64,000 bases of DNA from Basidiobolus meristosporus CBS 931.73 (lineage: Eukaryota; Fungi; Basidiobolomycota): the NCBI GenBank assembly GCA_002104905.1, contig MCFE01000328.1:30238-94237 (forward strand), read 5' to 3'. Positions 22,283 through 34,192 of this stretch are shown here, piece after piece. Position 1 is the stretch's first letter. Every line of letters begins with the position of its first letter. Below the pieces are notes generated by a model that did not search any database, was not told the origin of the DNA, and saw only the letters and a program-made list of their open reading frames with translations. The position numbers and the translations under genes are program-made.

Positions 22283-24480
22283 GAAGCTAGGAGCAAACAA
22301 GCTTTATGACAAGCTACCTAAGTCTGAATTCTTCAAGGAACACATTGAGTATCTGGGACACATAGTGACTAGCACAGGAGTAACCTTAGACCCTAAGAAG
22401 ATTGAAGTTATCAAGAATATGAAGCAGCCCCATGGCATAGCAGAACTCCAATCATACCTTAGAATGGTTTCATATTATTGGAGATTTGTCAAGTCATTTG
22501 CAAGTTTTGCAGCCCCTTTAACTGATGTCCTCAATAAAGACAATAGACTCGTTCCATTGTGCCATTGATCATAGTGCCAGAAAGTGCTGTATATTTTGTT
22601 ATTAATTTGATATTTTAGGGTCATATGCATGTCAATTTTGATCCCAAATTGGCACTGTATGGCACCATGTGGCACTCTGTGGCATGATCAGGCACCATCT
22701 GGCATGCTATGGCACTATTGGGCACTATGATCAGCTGAAATGATGGAACAGGTCTAATACCTACAAGTGGGATATAGCTTGTGAAACTGCCTTTCAGATG
22801 CTCAAGAATGAACTTGCCAAGCTACCAAGCCTAAGAATCCTGGACTTCAGGAAATAGTTTACTCTATGCACAGATGCTTCAGCCTATGCAATTGGTGGAG
22901 TGCAGAAACAAGAACGCAAGGGAAAGGACTACCTAATTGCCTATGAATCCAACAAACTGAACTTAGCAGAACATTACTTTCCAGTGCATGGGAAGGAGAT
23001 GCTTTCTATAATACAATGCTTGAAGACATGGAGATACTATATTGAAGGAGCCAAATGCACTGCGAAGACTGATCATTCCTCCCTCAAGTATACATCTACT
23101 CAGAAGGTACTCTATAGACAAATCACAAGATGGAGTCAATACACAGAGCAATTTGATCTGGAGATTGTCTACTGTCCTGGGAAAAACATCACAGTTGCTG
23201 ATGCCTTATCAAGATTAGAACAAGTTGCACTACTCAACTTGGTGCATGAATCAGATTGGCCTAGCCTATTACCAAAGTACTTTGAGGGCAAAGCCATTCC
23301 TAATGAGGTGGATGAAGATACCAAGAAGATAATCCGGGATGAAGCCAGCAAATTTGTAGTACAGGATGAAACACTGTACCAATTTGCTGATGGAAGCCCT
23401 ATTGCCAATTGCCCTTATGTTTCTTGCCTGAATTTAAAACATGAGCTACGCAATGGGTACGGACATTTTGGAGTTGAAGGAACCTGTAACCTAGTGAAAG
23501 CCAGAGTATGGTGGCCCATAATGAAACAAGATACTGAGAAGCTAGTGAAAACCTGCCCAAACTGCCAAATCAATCAAGGCCAGCCACATAGAATTTCCAA
23601 ACTCTTTCCCTTGAAGCCTGTAAGACCATTTGAAAGATGGGGGATTGACTTTATTGGAAGACCGCCAACTACCAGGAAATGCAACCATTGGATCCTAGTT
23701 GCAATTGACCATGCCACCAAATGGCCAGTGGCTAAAGCTGTACCTAATGCCAGTGAACAAGAAGTTGCAAGTTTCATCTACCATGGGATCCTTATGAAGC
23801 TTGGATGCCCTGCAGATATTCTATCCAATAGAGGTGCAAGCTTTATGGCAAAGACACTGGAAGCTTACCTGGAAATGCAGCAGATCAAACACATACAAAC
23901 CTTGGCATATCACCTCAGAACCAATGGAGCCACTCAATGGTTTAATGGATTATTTGGAAAAATGCTGACCAAGTATGCAAATGGAGTTGTCAGTAGATGG
24001 GATGATTATATAGTCCAAGCATTCTTTGCATGCAGAGTCAGAGCACACTACACCACCCAACCATTGCACTTTACCTAGTGTAACAATGTCAACCAGCAAT
24101 TCCAGGAGATCTCACACAACCAAAGCTTACAGACACCCTAGAAGAGGAGCTCAGTCAGCAAAGTAGACACCAGCAGCTGGAACAAAGATGTCAAGAGGCA
24201 CAAACCAAAGTGTCTCAATGTGCAGAAAAGATGAAGCAGAGATTTGACAAGACTATAGCACCAGAAGCAGTGACAGTTGGGAGCTTTGTTTTACTAAGAA
24301 ACAACATTCAGAAGAAGTTTGAGCCACAATGAACAGGACCATTCAAGATCATCAGAGAATGTCCATTTGCAACTTACCAACTAGTGGACAAACAAGGCTA
24401 CATCTGGGAAGACCTAGTGTATAGGGACAGACTCAAGCTTGAAAGACTTGCTGATATTACTGAACCATCAGATATTGGTG
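22283..24480 (+). pseudogene. pol: Gypsy A1 RT C-terminus, RNase H and integrase with GPF motif
   Basis: EFFKEHIEYLGH (22254..22568). ORF 22900..24078 has RNase H, then PFERWGIDFIG and ILSNRGASF. GPFKII lies near 24340. No chromodomain before the PPT. Confidence 0.9.
22545..22755. mobile_element. 211-bp MITE of the Harbinger-like family
   Basis: TIRs AGACTCGTTCCAT / ATGGAACAGGTCT; AAT TSD at 22542-44 and 22756-58; the empty site GACAATACC is seen in A2 (~42510); second copy at 42825-43035. Confidence 0.92.
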
Positions 24481-24530
24481 TTGCAACAAAAGAGATTCGG
24501 GAGAACCCTCTCAACTTTAGTAGGGGAGAA

Positions 24531-24899
24531 TGTTTTGATCTACCACTTGAATGTTTAAGTTGAATCAGTTTTTAGTCAAATCATTTAGTTATGTGTTTAG
24601 CTTATCAGTATATTAGTATTATAAATCAAATCAGTAGCATTAGTCAGCAAATGAACAAGCAGATCCTTGTCCAACAGAAATAGATATATAAAGTAGGATC
24701 TTATTGGGTGATGATAATGCAGTTAAATGAGTCATCAGCCACAGCCTACATTAGGGAACACAATTAGTCAGTAAATGATCTGGCAAAATGTATATAAGGA
24801 GCTGCTGGACCCTCATTAAAGAACAGTTCAAGTTTTAGTGAATACAATACTTGCTAAACTCCCTATTCCTCTGTAACTGTTAAACCAAGACTAGTAGCA
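24531..24899 (+). repeat. 3' LTR of gypsy A1
   Basis: Follows the PPT; TGTTTTGATC...CTAGTAGCA. Confidence 0.9.
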
Positions 24900-26990
24900 C
24901 AGATATCTGCTTTCTCAAGGATCATTAGTTTGTGATCAGTTCCATATTCAGACCAATGGCCTGTAGCTTACCAGCTTTACTACAATTGTATGCTGACTTC
25001 TGTTTGTTCTCTCAGTTGTAAGATGATTTTATCAGCAAAGGTGTTTTGCTAAAATAATGTGTGTGAGTTATGAAGTATATCCCCTAGATCTCACGCATTC
25101 AACAGCAACACTATCCATTGTGCTTAGAAGACCTGGCTATCTTGCTGATGGCTGGAGTATCTCCAATGGAAGCAATTTTATGCATATTGATATGACTGCC
25201 ATAAAGTAATGACCTACTGGAAGCATAAATGATTCATCCAACAATGGTTCCAGGTACCTATTCAAGCTCAACAGTGATGGAGGCCCCATTATCATTGAGA
25301 CCACCATCAGATTTCTGCTCTGATACTGTAAGATATGCAGCAGACTCAGGTTCATGGGAATCAGAGGCCAGCAGGATTTGCATGTTAAGTATTTATTTAA
25401 TGGGAATCCATCAAGTACCTAAGCAAAGGCATCTTTATAAATACCTCTAAAGTAGCCCTTGTTTATAATGCTTGCCATCAAATACACTGAAAGCAATTGT
25501 GCTTGATTGATACTGATTGCAGTGTCTTCATAGCATTGCAACATAGCCACAACATCATATCATTTGCCTGTAGATGGATCCCAGGGCTCACTTGGCTACA
25601 TTGCAACCACCATCAGATTTCTCTTCTGATACTGTAAGATAGGCAGCATACTCAGGTTGCTGAAAATACCCTAAGAAAAAAACTAAGAAAAGGCCAGCAG
25701 AATTCCCTCATAAAATCAGCTGAATTCCAAGTTTCTCAAATCTGACAAATACAATTATGGCATGTACTAGCAGTTGGGCAGACAAGCAGACAAATTCTCC
25801 AAGAGGAGGCTAGGCCAACCAGGATTCATACCAAATTTGGTGATCAACTGCCTACTACCTCCATCAAAAAAATAAATGCATATTTGAGCTACAAACACCA
25901 GCAGAGTACTGGCTGAAAATCAGATAAATTCCATGTTAGGGATTACTCATAGCGTTAGTGGCCTGCAGGATTTGCTAGTAGAGTACTTGTTTAATAAGAG
26001 CCCATCAAATGCCAAGGCAAAGGTATATTTATCAATACCTTTAAAGTAGCTCTAGCCTCTGAATTGTTTGGAATGTTTGCCATCAAACATAGTGGAAATA
26101 TTTGTTCTAGAATGATAATGAGTGTGGTACTTTATAGCTTTACAACACTTGTACTGCTTGACACTCTTTGGACAGGATATTACTGGAGTATACCTGGAGT
26201 GTGTACATTTTTTCTCCTATAGTAGTGTGTTCCTGACAACATGGACACCTTATAGTGTTGCCATATTCTGATGAGAATGCCATGACATTTTTAATGCATG
26301 CTGGTATCAGGATGGTCTCTTGGTCATATGCTGCCAGCTGCATGATGATTGCCCAGTTGTACTATGTATATGGTAAGTTGCATCTTGAAATGATTCTGAC
26401 ACCAAGTAGTAAGTCCTTAAAGCCCCTGTTACTGACATTAGGGGGAACACACCACTTCTCTATCAACAGCTTCACATCATTAGCCAGTGGATAGATTACT
26501 GGGCTCACTTGCCTCCATTAGGTATTCTGGATATTTTTCTCTGCAGTTATGGTTTCATTACGTATTAGGATTTTGGTTGGCTCATGAGGTTTTCTTGGCC
26601 TTTTTTGCTGCAGGTGTTGTCTTATTTTATACTGGGATCTTGGCAGGTACATGCATGGTATTGTTGTTAGGGGAAACTGGCTCAAAATCCACTGGTGAGC
26701 CTTCTGCTTCAGAGCTACAGCACTGCATGCCATTTTTAGAAGCCTGAGGTGAGCCTAAAGGCATTATAAGCTCACCTGATGCAGTATATGCAGGTGCCAA
26801 GTATGGCTAGTTACCAATATAGAAGTATCAATTGGCCAGAAAGACATTGTTGGTATGATAATGGCTGCTATATGGTCAAAAATGACTTGTATAGCAAAAC
26901 ACTCTCTGTGATCATTGTAACACCTCTAATGCTGCCGGCATACCTCATGGCTGAGAGAATTTTTGTAATAGCCACATAGTCACTTACTCT
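24900..26990 (-). mobile_element. CACTA copy, core and N-terminal transposase (continuation of 12030-13694)
   Basis: Fragments such as GPPSLLSLNRYLEPLLDES (25137..25355) and AYDQETILIPACIKN..CPCC (26140..26343) match 54595..55419. Confidence 0.8.
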
Positions 26991-27244
26991 TCTGTTATGG
27001 TGTTGAACCAATGTAGTTGTTTACAAGGGGCAGACAGTTTGACACTCAATAACACAATGCTATTTTCTCACCATTATCAATACTCATTTGAGTTTAAGGC
27101 AGACTTTTATTTGGGACATAAAGCCCACATTAGTGTGGACATAATGATGACTTGCCACAGTAAGCCTTATAAATCTTGCAGTGGCTCTGTAAGCCCACAT
27201 ATATGTAGAAGTATTTTCCCTTTGGTTTGACCTACTTCCATATA

Positions 27245-29100
27245 TATGCTGCTAAAGCTAAAGCAAAGTTGTCTGGTTCCCAACTAAACCCTCCTGCTGA
27301 CAGCAGCAGAAGAATGGATGGACAATGGCTTGCATTGACATTTAAGTGCAACAAGCAGAGGTACATCCAAAAAAGACCGTGTGGACAGTGTGCCCGCTGA
27401 AGGTATTAATGCATACTCCTCAGACTCTCAGTGAAGTAGGCAAATGACAATTTCTGCAGGGCTGCTGGCTGACCATAATGCTAAAGTGAATGGGAATGTA
27501 GCAAGCTGAGTACCTTTGGTTGAGGACCTGCAAGTGGCCATCATGACATCACTACCACTAGGATTTGTATTGGCAAGTATGTTGTCAGCTCATACCATAG
27601 CATTTATGAGGCAATTAGTAGCAGTGGCTGATAAAATAGATGCAATGGCCCAGGGAAATCAGTACACAGTCCTGAGACCGGATTAGTAGATGATCTGTGT
27701 AGTGTAATCAGTACCCCATGAGAATTATCCTGGATTCTGGAAAGCAAACAGATTTTGTGCCAGCAGTGACTTGCCAAGAAAGCAACTTAACTATAGCTGA
27801 AACTATTAAAGGCAGAAGAACATGGGTGCCAGGGCTACAAGCCATTTGCTTTCTCAAGGGCACATCACAAGCAGGGCTGAAAGCTCTATACAGGCAGCAA
27901 AGGAATGTCTTGTAGCCAGAAGATTGCTACTAAGAGACAGGTAAGCAGAAACAGATATATAAGTGCAGCATTTCACAGGGAGAAAATGTGGTTCCATATA
28001 AGGAATATTCAGCAGCAGCAGCAGTGAAGGAGTTTACTGTGATAAGTATCTACAACTTTTTCAGCAGCCCATTACAAGCATGGCTGTAAGTTCCAGACAA
28101 GCCACAAAGACACAACAGGTTGCCAGCAGAGTGCTGGCAAGCACCAAGCAGGTTGAAATGGATGCACCAGTGTTGTATTCATTAAGAAGAAAACAAAGCC
28201 CAATACATGAAGCACTTGGTCACAGTAACATGGGAGGACTAGATAATGATAAGCCCATGGCTTTCACAGCAACTCATCACAAGCAGGGCTGATAGTTCCA
28301 AGCAGGCAGGAAAGAAACTTCAGGTTGCCTGAATAGTGCTGGCAAGGGACAAGCAGGCAAAAACTGATGCATCAGTGCAGTATTCATCAAGGAGAAGACA
28401 TAATATAATACAAGAAGCACACAATCAAAGTAGCAGAAATAGACTTGGCAATGGATAAGGTAAAGATAAACAGAAAAGAGCCATCCAAGCCAGAGACATG
28501 GAAGAAAAAGCAGCAGTTCTCACCAACAAATGCTCTCAGCCCTCAACAGGCTGAATCTCATCATAGCCAAAAAAATCACCAACAAGACAAAAACTGTTTT
28601 CTCAAGAGTTCCAAGTGCAGGCAGTTGGGTTATATTCCTGTGAGGTAGATGAGTTTGCACAGAAAAGCAATTTGTCCACTACTGCCTCTATGTCCTCCAT
28701 TGTAGGCCAAGCAGATATCTCACTAACAAGCAAAGCAACAACCTCGAAAAGTAAAAACATAATTACATTCCCTAAAGTAGAATTTTAGAATATTGAAAGG
28801 CACACCAAGAGGTTGCAGCATTACTCAACAGCAGTGCTGAGGAAAATGCACTTGAATGTTGTAAGGATTTATTGTGAAGACTTGTAGATAAGATGCTAGA
28901 CCTTGCAGTGCCAGCTGAAGACCAGGATATATGGGAACCAGTGAATGAAAAGTGGCATAAAGTCACAGGGTTCCCTCCAAAGTTGTAAAATAAGGGTGTG
29001 ACAGCAGTAATACATATTGGATGATTGATTTTAATATAGTTACTTGATGAATGCAGTTTTGGTCCTAATGTTGTTGTTGGGTATAGAGACTTGCATAGGT
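27245..29100 (+). pseudogene. Degenerate CACTA partner ORF2 with three ~205-bp repeat units
   Basis: Begins catatatatgctgctaaagctaaagcaaagttgtctgg (cf. 5424). Repeat starts near 27862, 28068 and 28273. The C-terminal domain at 28600-29030 matches 6950-7375. Confidence 0.8.
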
Positions 29101-29409
29101 CAACACAATGGTAATTGAGGTTCAACTAAAGTTTCAGTGGTAACAAATCAATTTATATGCATGAAAAGCAAGAAGCATTTGATTACATTTCAGTTGTTGT
29201 TCTGTTATACTCTGTCAGGGCATGCAGCACAATCCATGGCTATTAAAGTCAACCAGGTGCAATGCTGTAAATATCAGTGAGCTAGACTACTCTTAGAGAA
29301 TATTGCACTATGTGAACTAATCTCACAATCTATAGAACAATCTCACATAAGGTTTGTACAGATGATTATGGCAACTTGTAGTGTTTGCATCACTAGCACA
29401 CTTAGATAC

Positions 29410-32400
29410 TGTTGCAACTTAAGAAGTGATTTGAAGATAAGGAACTTGTCAAGAATTAGTGCCAATAGTCGAACTGTTATTTAGTCAAAAAGAGCGCAGT
29501 ATTTGGACCTTTCTAGAAGTAATATAGTTGTAGCACCAAGTAAGGAGTGTTTTGCAACATTCTGGAGCACTCTGTAACAGCTTCTGGATTAGCATGTAAT
29601 GTTTGGTAAAAGTGCTAAATTGATCGTGAGTGTAGGGGATTAATCCTAGGATCAAAGATATGAAGAAAGCAGCAAAGTTAGGGTTGTAAATTAGTCCTAC
29701 AGTGACTAAGACTAGTCCAGAATTGTAAATAAGTAAGTCTTTGGCTGCTAAATGACACCAAATAGTCCAATATTTCAACACTCCCCCTTATCTTAGTAAG
29801 TTCTTAATCCTTATTCCTCTCTGATATTCTCAAATCTTGTCTTAGCTAGTAGTTTTTTTAATATATCTGCCACCATTTGTTGGTTACGCAGAAAACCAAC
29901 TCTACTAAGTTATTTTCTACAGCATCCCTGACAAAGTGTGTTTATCTATATGCTCAGTTCTTGCATGATTAGTGGGACGCCTAGCTAATGAATTACCACT
30001 GAGATTATCCTTGTAAATATATGTTAGTTTGTCTGAATTAAAACTTAAGCCACTGAATAATTTATGCAGCCATATAGCCTCTTTAGTTGCTTGATAAGCA
30101 GCCATATATTCAGCTTTGGTTGTAGATAAGGCTATAGTTGGTGTTTCTTGTAACTGCAAGCAATAGCTGAACCAGTATAAACAAATGTATATTCAGTGTT
30201 AGAGCCCCTGTCAATCAGATCCCTACCCCAATCCAAATAACTATAGCAATAAAATACTTGCCCATCTGCTGCTCCAGAGTACTACAGTATCATACTTATA
30301 GTACCTTATGGATATCTGAGAATCCACCTCTCTATTATAATCAGGTCTGATCCATAATTCTACATGAATTGACAGCCTATTACAACTGCCACTGCAATAT
30401 CTGGACATATGGACACCATTGAGTACATCAAGATACCAACCATTGATTGTTACAAAGTTTGGGTCTATATTTGGGATGTCTTTTCCCAAAATGGCCAAGA
30501 TTTACTAATTTTCAAGTTATTGTTCATAGGGATAGCTGCAGGCTTGCAATCTCCCATTTTGAAGCATTAAAGAGTGTCCCCAGTGTACTAACACTGATTT
30601 AGCAAAATATCTGCATAGGTAGGCTAAATACAACTTCAATTCCAAGAAAATAGCTCAATTTTCCAATAAATATCTTCTCAAACTTGCTGAAGAGATCCAA
30701 TTTTGCCTGTTGAAGTGCCTCCTGTTTACTTGTAGCTATTATTAGGTTGTCCATATAAAGAACTAGGATGATCACACCTCTTGTAAGCTGTATTTTGTAC
30801 TACATATAGGCCTCATTTCCTCTAGATATGTGTCAATCCTTTTAAGCCAGGCTCTAGGCTCCTGCTAAAACCCAAACAACAATTTCCCAAGTCTGTACAT
30901 CTTTGGTGAGCCTTTTGGAGTAGTAAAACCTTCTGGTTGCTCCATATATATAGTATCTTGCAGAACCCTAATTAGAAAGGCTGTTTTGATGTCCATTTGG
31001 TGTAAATCTAGACTGTGTATGCTGCCAGGACTAGTACAGTCCTAATGGAGTTAAACTTGGCAACCGGAGCAAATGTTTCCTCACAGTCTAGTCCCTGGAT
31101 CTAAAAATAGCCTTTTGCCACTAATCTAGCCTTGTACTTATCAATGGTACCATTAGAAGCTATCTTAGTCTTATAGACCCATCAGCATCATATTGTTTCT
31201 CCCATTTGGAAAGTCTACCAGCTCCCACATTTTTGCTTTGATCAGTGATTGATACTCCTCCTGCATGACTTCTTGCCCCATGGTGGCATCTGAACCTTGT
31301 ATTGCCTGTTCCAGATTCTGAAGTTTAGAACATAAGGCAAGACAAGCACCATCATGATCATTGGATGTCCAGCACCAGGATCCTGGTGCATTTCTTATTC
31401 AGGTAGGTCTCCTAACTGGGATAATCTGCTCTGATCTGGAACTGTTTGAATTATCTTCTGTATCTAGTTGAATTAGGTATGTATCTTCATTGGTGTTGAT
31501 TGCATCATCTGGCAGCTGGCCAATGATTTCAGTGGCTTTCTGATCTGATTTCTCCTTGAATAAGATGTCCCTGTACTTAATCAGCTTCTGATTTACCACT
31601 TTGCATTCAATACCCTACAGTGTCATCACAATACCCAACAAGGAACCCTTTCCACTCCTTGGTTACCACTTTGAGAGTTTGTTGTCATCAATGTGATAAA
31701 AGACATCACTGCCAATGATCCTGAAGTGCTGGAGGTCTGGTTTTTTGCCTGTATATGCTTTAAATGCGTGAAGACTTGTGTAGTGCTGTTGTTGGCCATC
31801 TATTCCTGATGTGTACCCTGGTAGCAACAGATTGAGCCAGAAAATTTCTAGTACATTCCCTTATCATTTAGCATAGATTCACCATCTATGCTATTGCTCT
31901 ATTTGCAGGTTCTACTACTCCATTTTGCTGTGGAGTATGTGGAACAGAGGTCTGTTGAACTATACCAGTAAATGAGCGCTATTTTACAGGCTTCAATAAG
32001 CAGTATTCCCCTACATTGTCACTTTGAGGTACCTACAATTTACACCCATTCTGTGTTTTTGCCATGTTCTTGAAGGGCTTATCTCTTGGATCCAAAAGAC
32101 AGTGATCTCATGGGGCTGCCTATATCTGAGTGTTCAATAGCCAATGTTTGGTGGTGTTAATGCCTCCCAAGCTCTTAAAACATTGCTTAGCTTGTTTGCC
32201 ATATGAACATCCCTTACTGACATTGAACTTGATTGGAATTGAGTAATTTTGGCCCAAAACAAGCTGACCTTTCACAAATTGGCTCATATTCTGTTCCCCA
32301 ATGTGTCCCAGCCTCCTATGCTATGTCTCCCAGTTAGTGCATCAGTCTCAGCGGTGTTGACATAGCGACGTACAATGATCTTGCATTGTAACTTGTATAT

Positions 32401-32750
32401 ACTATGATATCTGATCTTGAAAGCTAGTTTTAGTCCATTTACCATTACTGCTGAGCAGCACAGCTTGGTAAAGACAAATTTCAGTCTCTGTGTCTTTGCT
32501 TTACTAGCTGAGGGTAGATTCTTAGCTACTCCAGGCACACAGGATATGTCAGTCAGCTTTGCAGTTGTGGCCCCTGAGATATCAATCATATTTAGTGGCA
32601 TAGACCTAATGGTGGTAGCTTCTAGTAAAGAGTTGTCTCATAGATAAACCTTCCTTACAGGAATAGTTTTTAAGTTACTGAACCAATCCTTTATATCACA
32701 AAAATGCAGTGATCCTCCAGAGTCAATATACAATTCATTGCTTTGGTTAT
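29410..32750 (-). mobile_element. Degenerate, 5'-truncated copia copy (protease to RNase H, PPT, 3' LTR 29410-29780)
   Basis: LTR is followed by CTCCCCCTTA (PPT complement). ORFs 29917..30159, 31399..31599 and 32284..32601 match the 33830-38508 element. Homology ends near the IDSG protease motif (~32730). Confidence 0.88.
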
Positions 32751-33099
32751 TTGCACTCTACTGAATTGCATGCATTGACAAGGTATTTGGTGCTCTTGTC
32801 AAGGGTGTTGGCATAGATTGAACTGAAGTGTGCTAGCCACTGGCATTGCATAGGATGGTAAGGAATCCAGTACAGTATGCTGGCATTAACCAGACCTAGC
32901 TGTACACAGTCTGTATACTTGTTCTCAAAGCTTACCACTTAATTCTTCACAGCATTCACTTGCACTCTATCTGATACTTTAGAACTGTTGCCTTGATGAG
33001 TTTAGTATGATTCAGCTACAAGCCAGCAGCTTGGGCTTACTGACTGTCTGTCCAATCTTATAGTGGAATTGTACTGGCTTTTTTTTCAATTTTTTTGCC

Positions 33100-33829
33100 A
33101 TACAAAGTAAAAAACTCTACAGTATTTTAGCAGACTTTCAACAGAAATTTATGGCATCTTGACTGTCTTCATGAGCTCTTTATTTACTTAAGTGCACCAA
33201 GCAAGCCAATACATCTATCTGCCTTATATGGTTTACACATTAAACATCAATACTGTCCATTGTGCCTAGAAAAGCTATCTATCTGGCTGATGGCTGGATA
33301 TCTCCAGTACACAAAATAATATGCACTTTGATATGATGGCCATTCAGTAGTATACTGCTGGAATATATTGGAGATGTTTGCACTTGAGTGTTACTCAGTG
33401 CTGTACTTCAAAGCTTTACAATATTTGTTTCACAGCATAAGCTTTCTTAGATGGCTATTACTAAAATACGCTGAGATTAGCTGGACTCATGCTGGGTACT
33501 GTTGTTAAGGTAGATAGGCTCACAATCCATCAGTGCACCTTCTACTTCAGAGCTATTGCACTACAAGCCATATTGAGAAGGTTGAGTTGAGCCTAAAGGT
33601 GTCACAAATTCACCTGGCATACTTTGCGCAAGGTGAAAAATATGGCTTGGTGCCAGTATAAAAGCCTCAAGTGGCTGGCAAGATATTGTTGGTATTATAG
33701 TGAATTATGAATGGTCAAATATGACTTATACAGCAAAGCACTGTTGGTGCTCCTTGTGATACTGCCTATGCTGTCTGCATGCCCCATAGCTGAGAGGCTT
33801 GTTACAATAGCCACATGGGCTGTTCCATC
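33100..33829 (-). mobile_element. Deleted CACTA transposase fragment; target of the full-length copia
   Basis: 33560-33829 matches 4850-5160. The sequence continues at 38509 matching 5165 onward. Confidence 0.75.
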
Positions 33830-34192
33830 TGTTGCAATTTAAGAAGTGATTTGGATATAAGGAACTTATCAAGAAATGGTGATAATAGTTGAACTGTTGT
33901 TTATTCATAAAGAAGCTCAGTATTTATACCTTTGTAGAAGTAATACAGCTGCAACACTAAGTAGGGAGGGTTTCTCAATATTCAGGAGCATTCTGTAACA
34001 GCTTCAGGGTTAGTACATAATGTTTGGTAATAGTGCTAATTTGATCCTGGCTATAGGGGAATAATCATAAGATCATATATCTGGAGAAAGTGGCAAAGTT
34101 AAGGCAGTAAATGAGTCCTACAGTGACTAAGACTAGCCTAGAATTGTTAAGTAAATTTTTAGCTGCTGAATGATACCAAATAGTCCAATATT

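Larger units (their letters stand above)
13695..24899 (+). mobile_element. Ty3/gypsy family A element (copy A1) carrying nested copia insertions and a MITE
   Basis: LTRs 13695-14060 and 24531-24899 (TG...CA), PBS 14062-14071, PPT AGTAGGGGAGAA 24519-24530. Gag, protease, RT, RNase H and integrase remnants are in gypsy order. Flanks CAAG/CAGA are a degenerate TSD. Confidence 0.9.

Noticed and set aside
22651-22730. CRISPR-like repeat array
   Set aside because: The period is 10 bp with a 4-5 bp core inside a TIR/TSD-bounded MITE. There are no spacers of CRISPR length and no cas genes, and the context is eukaryotic.
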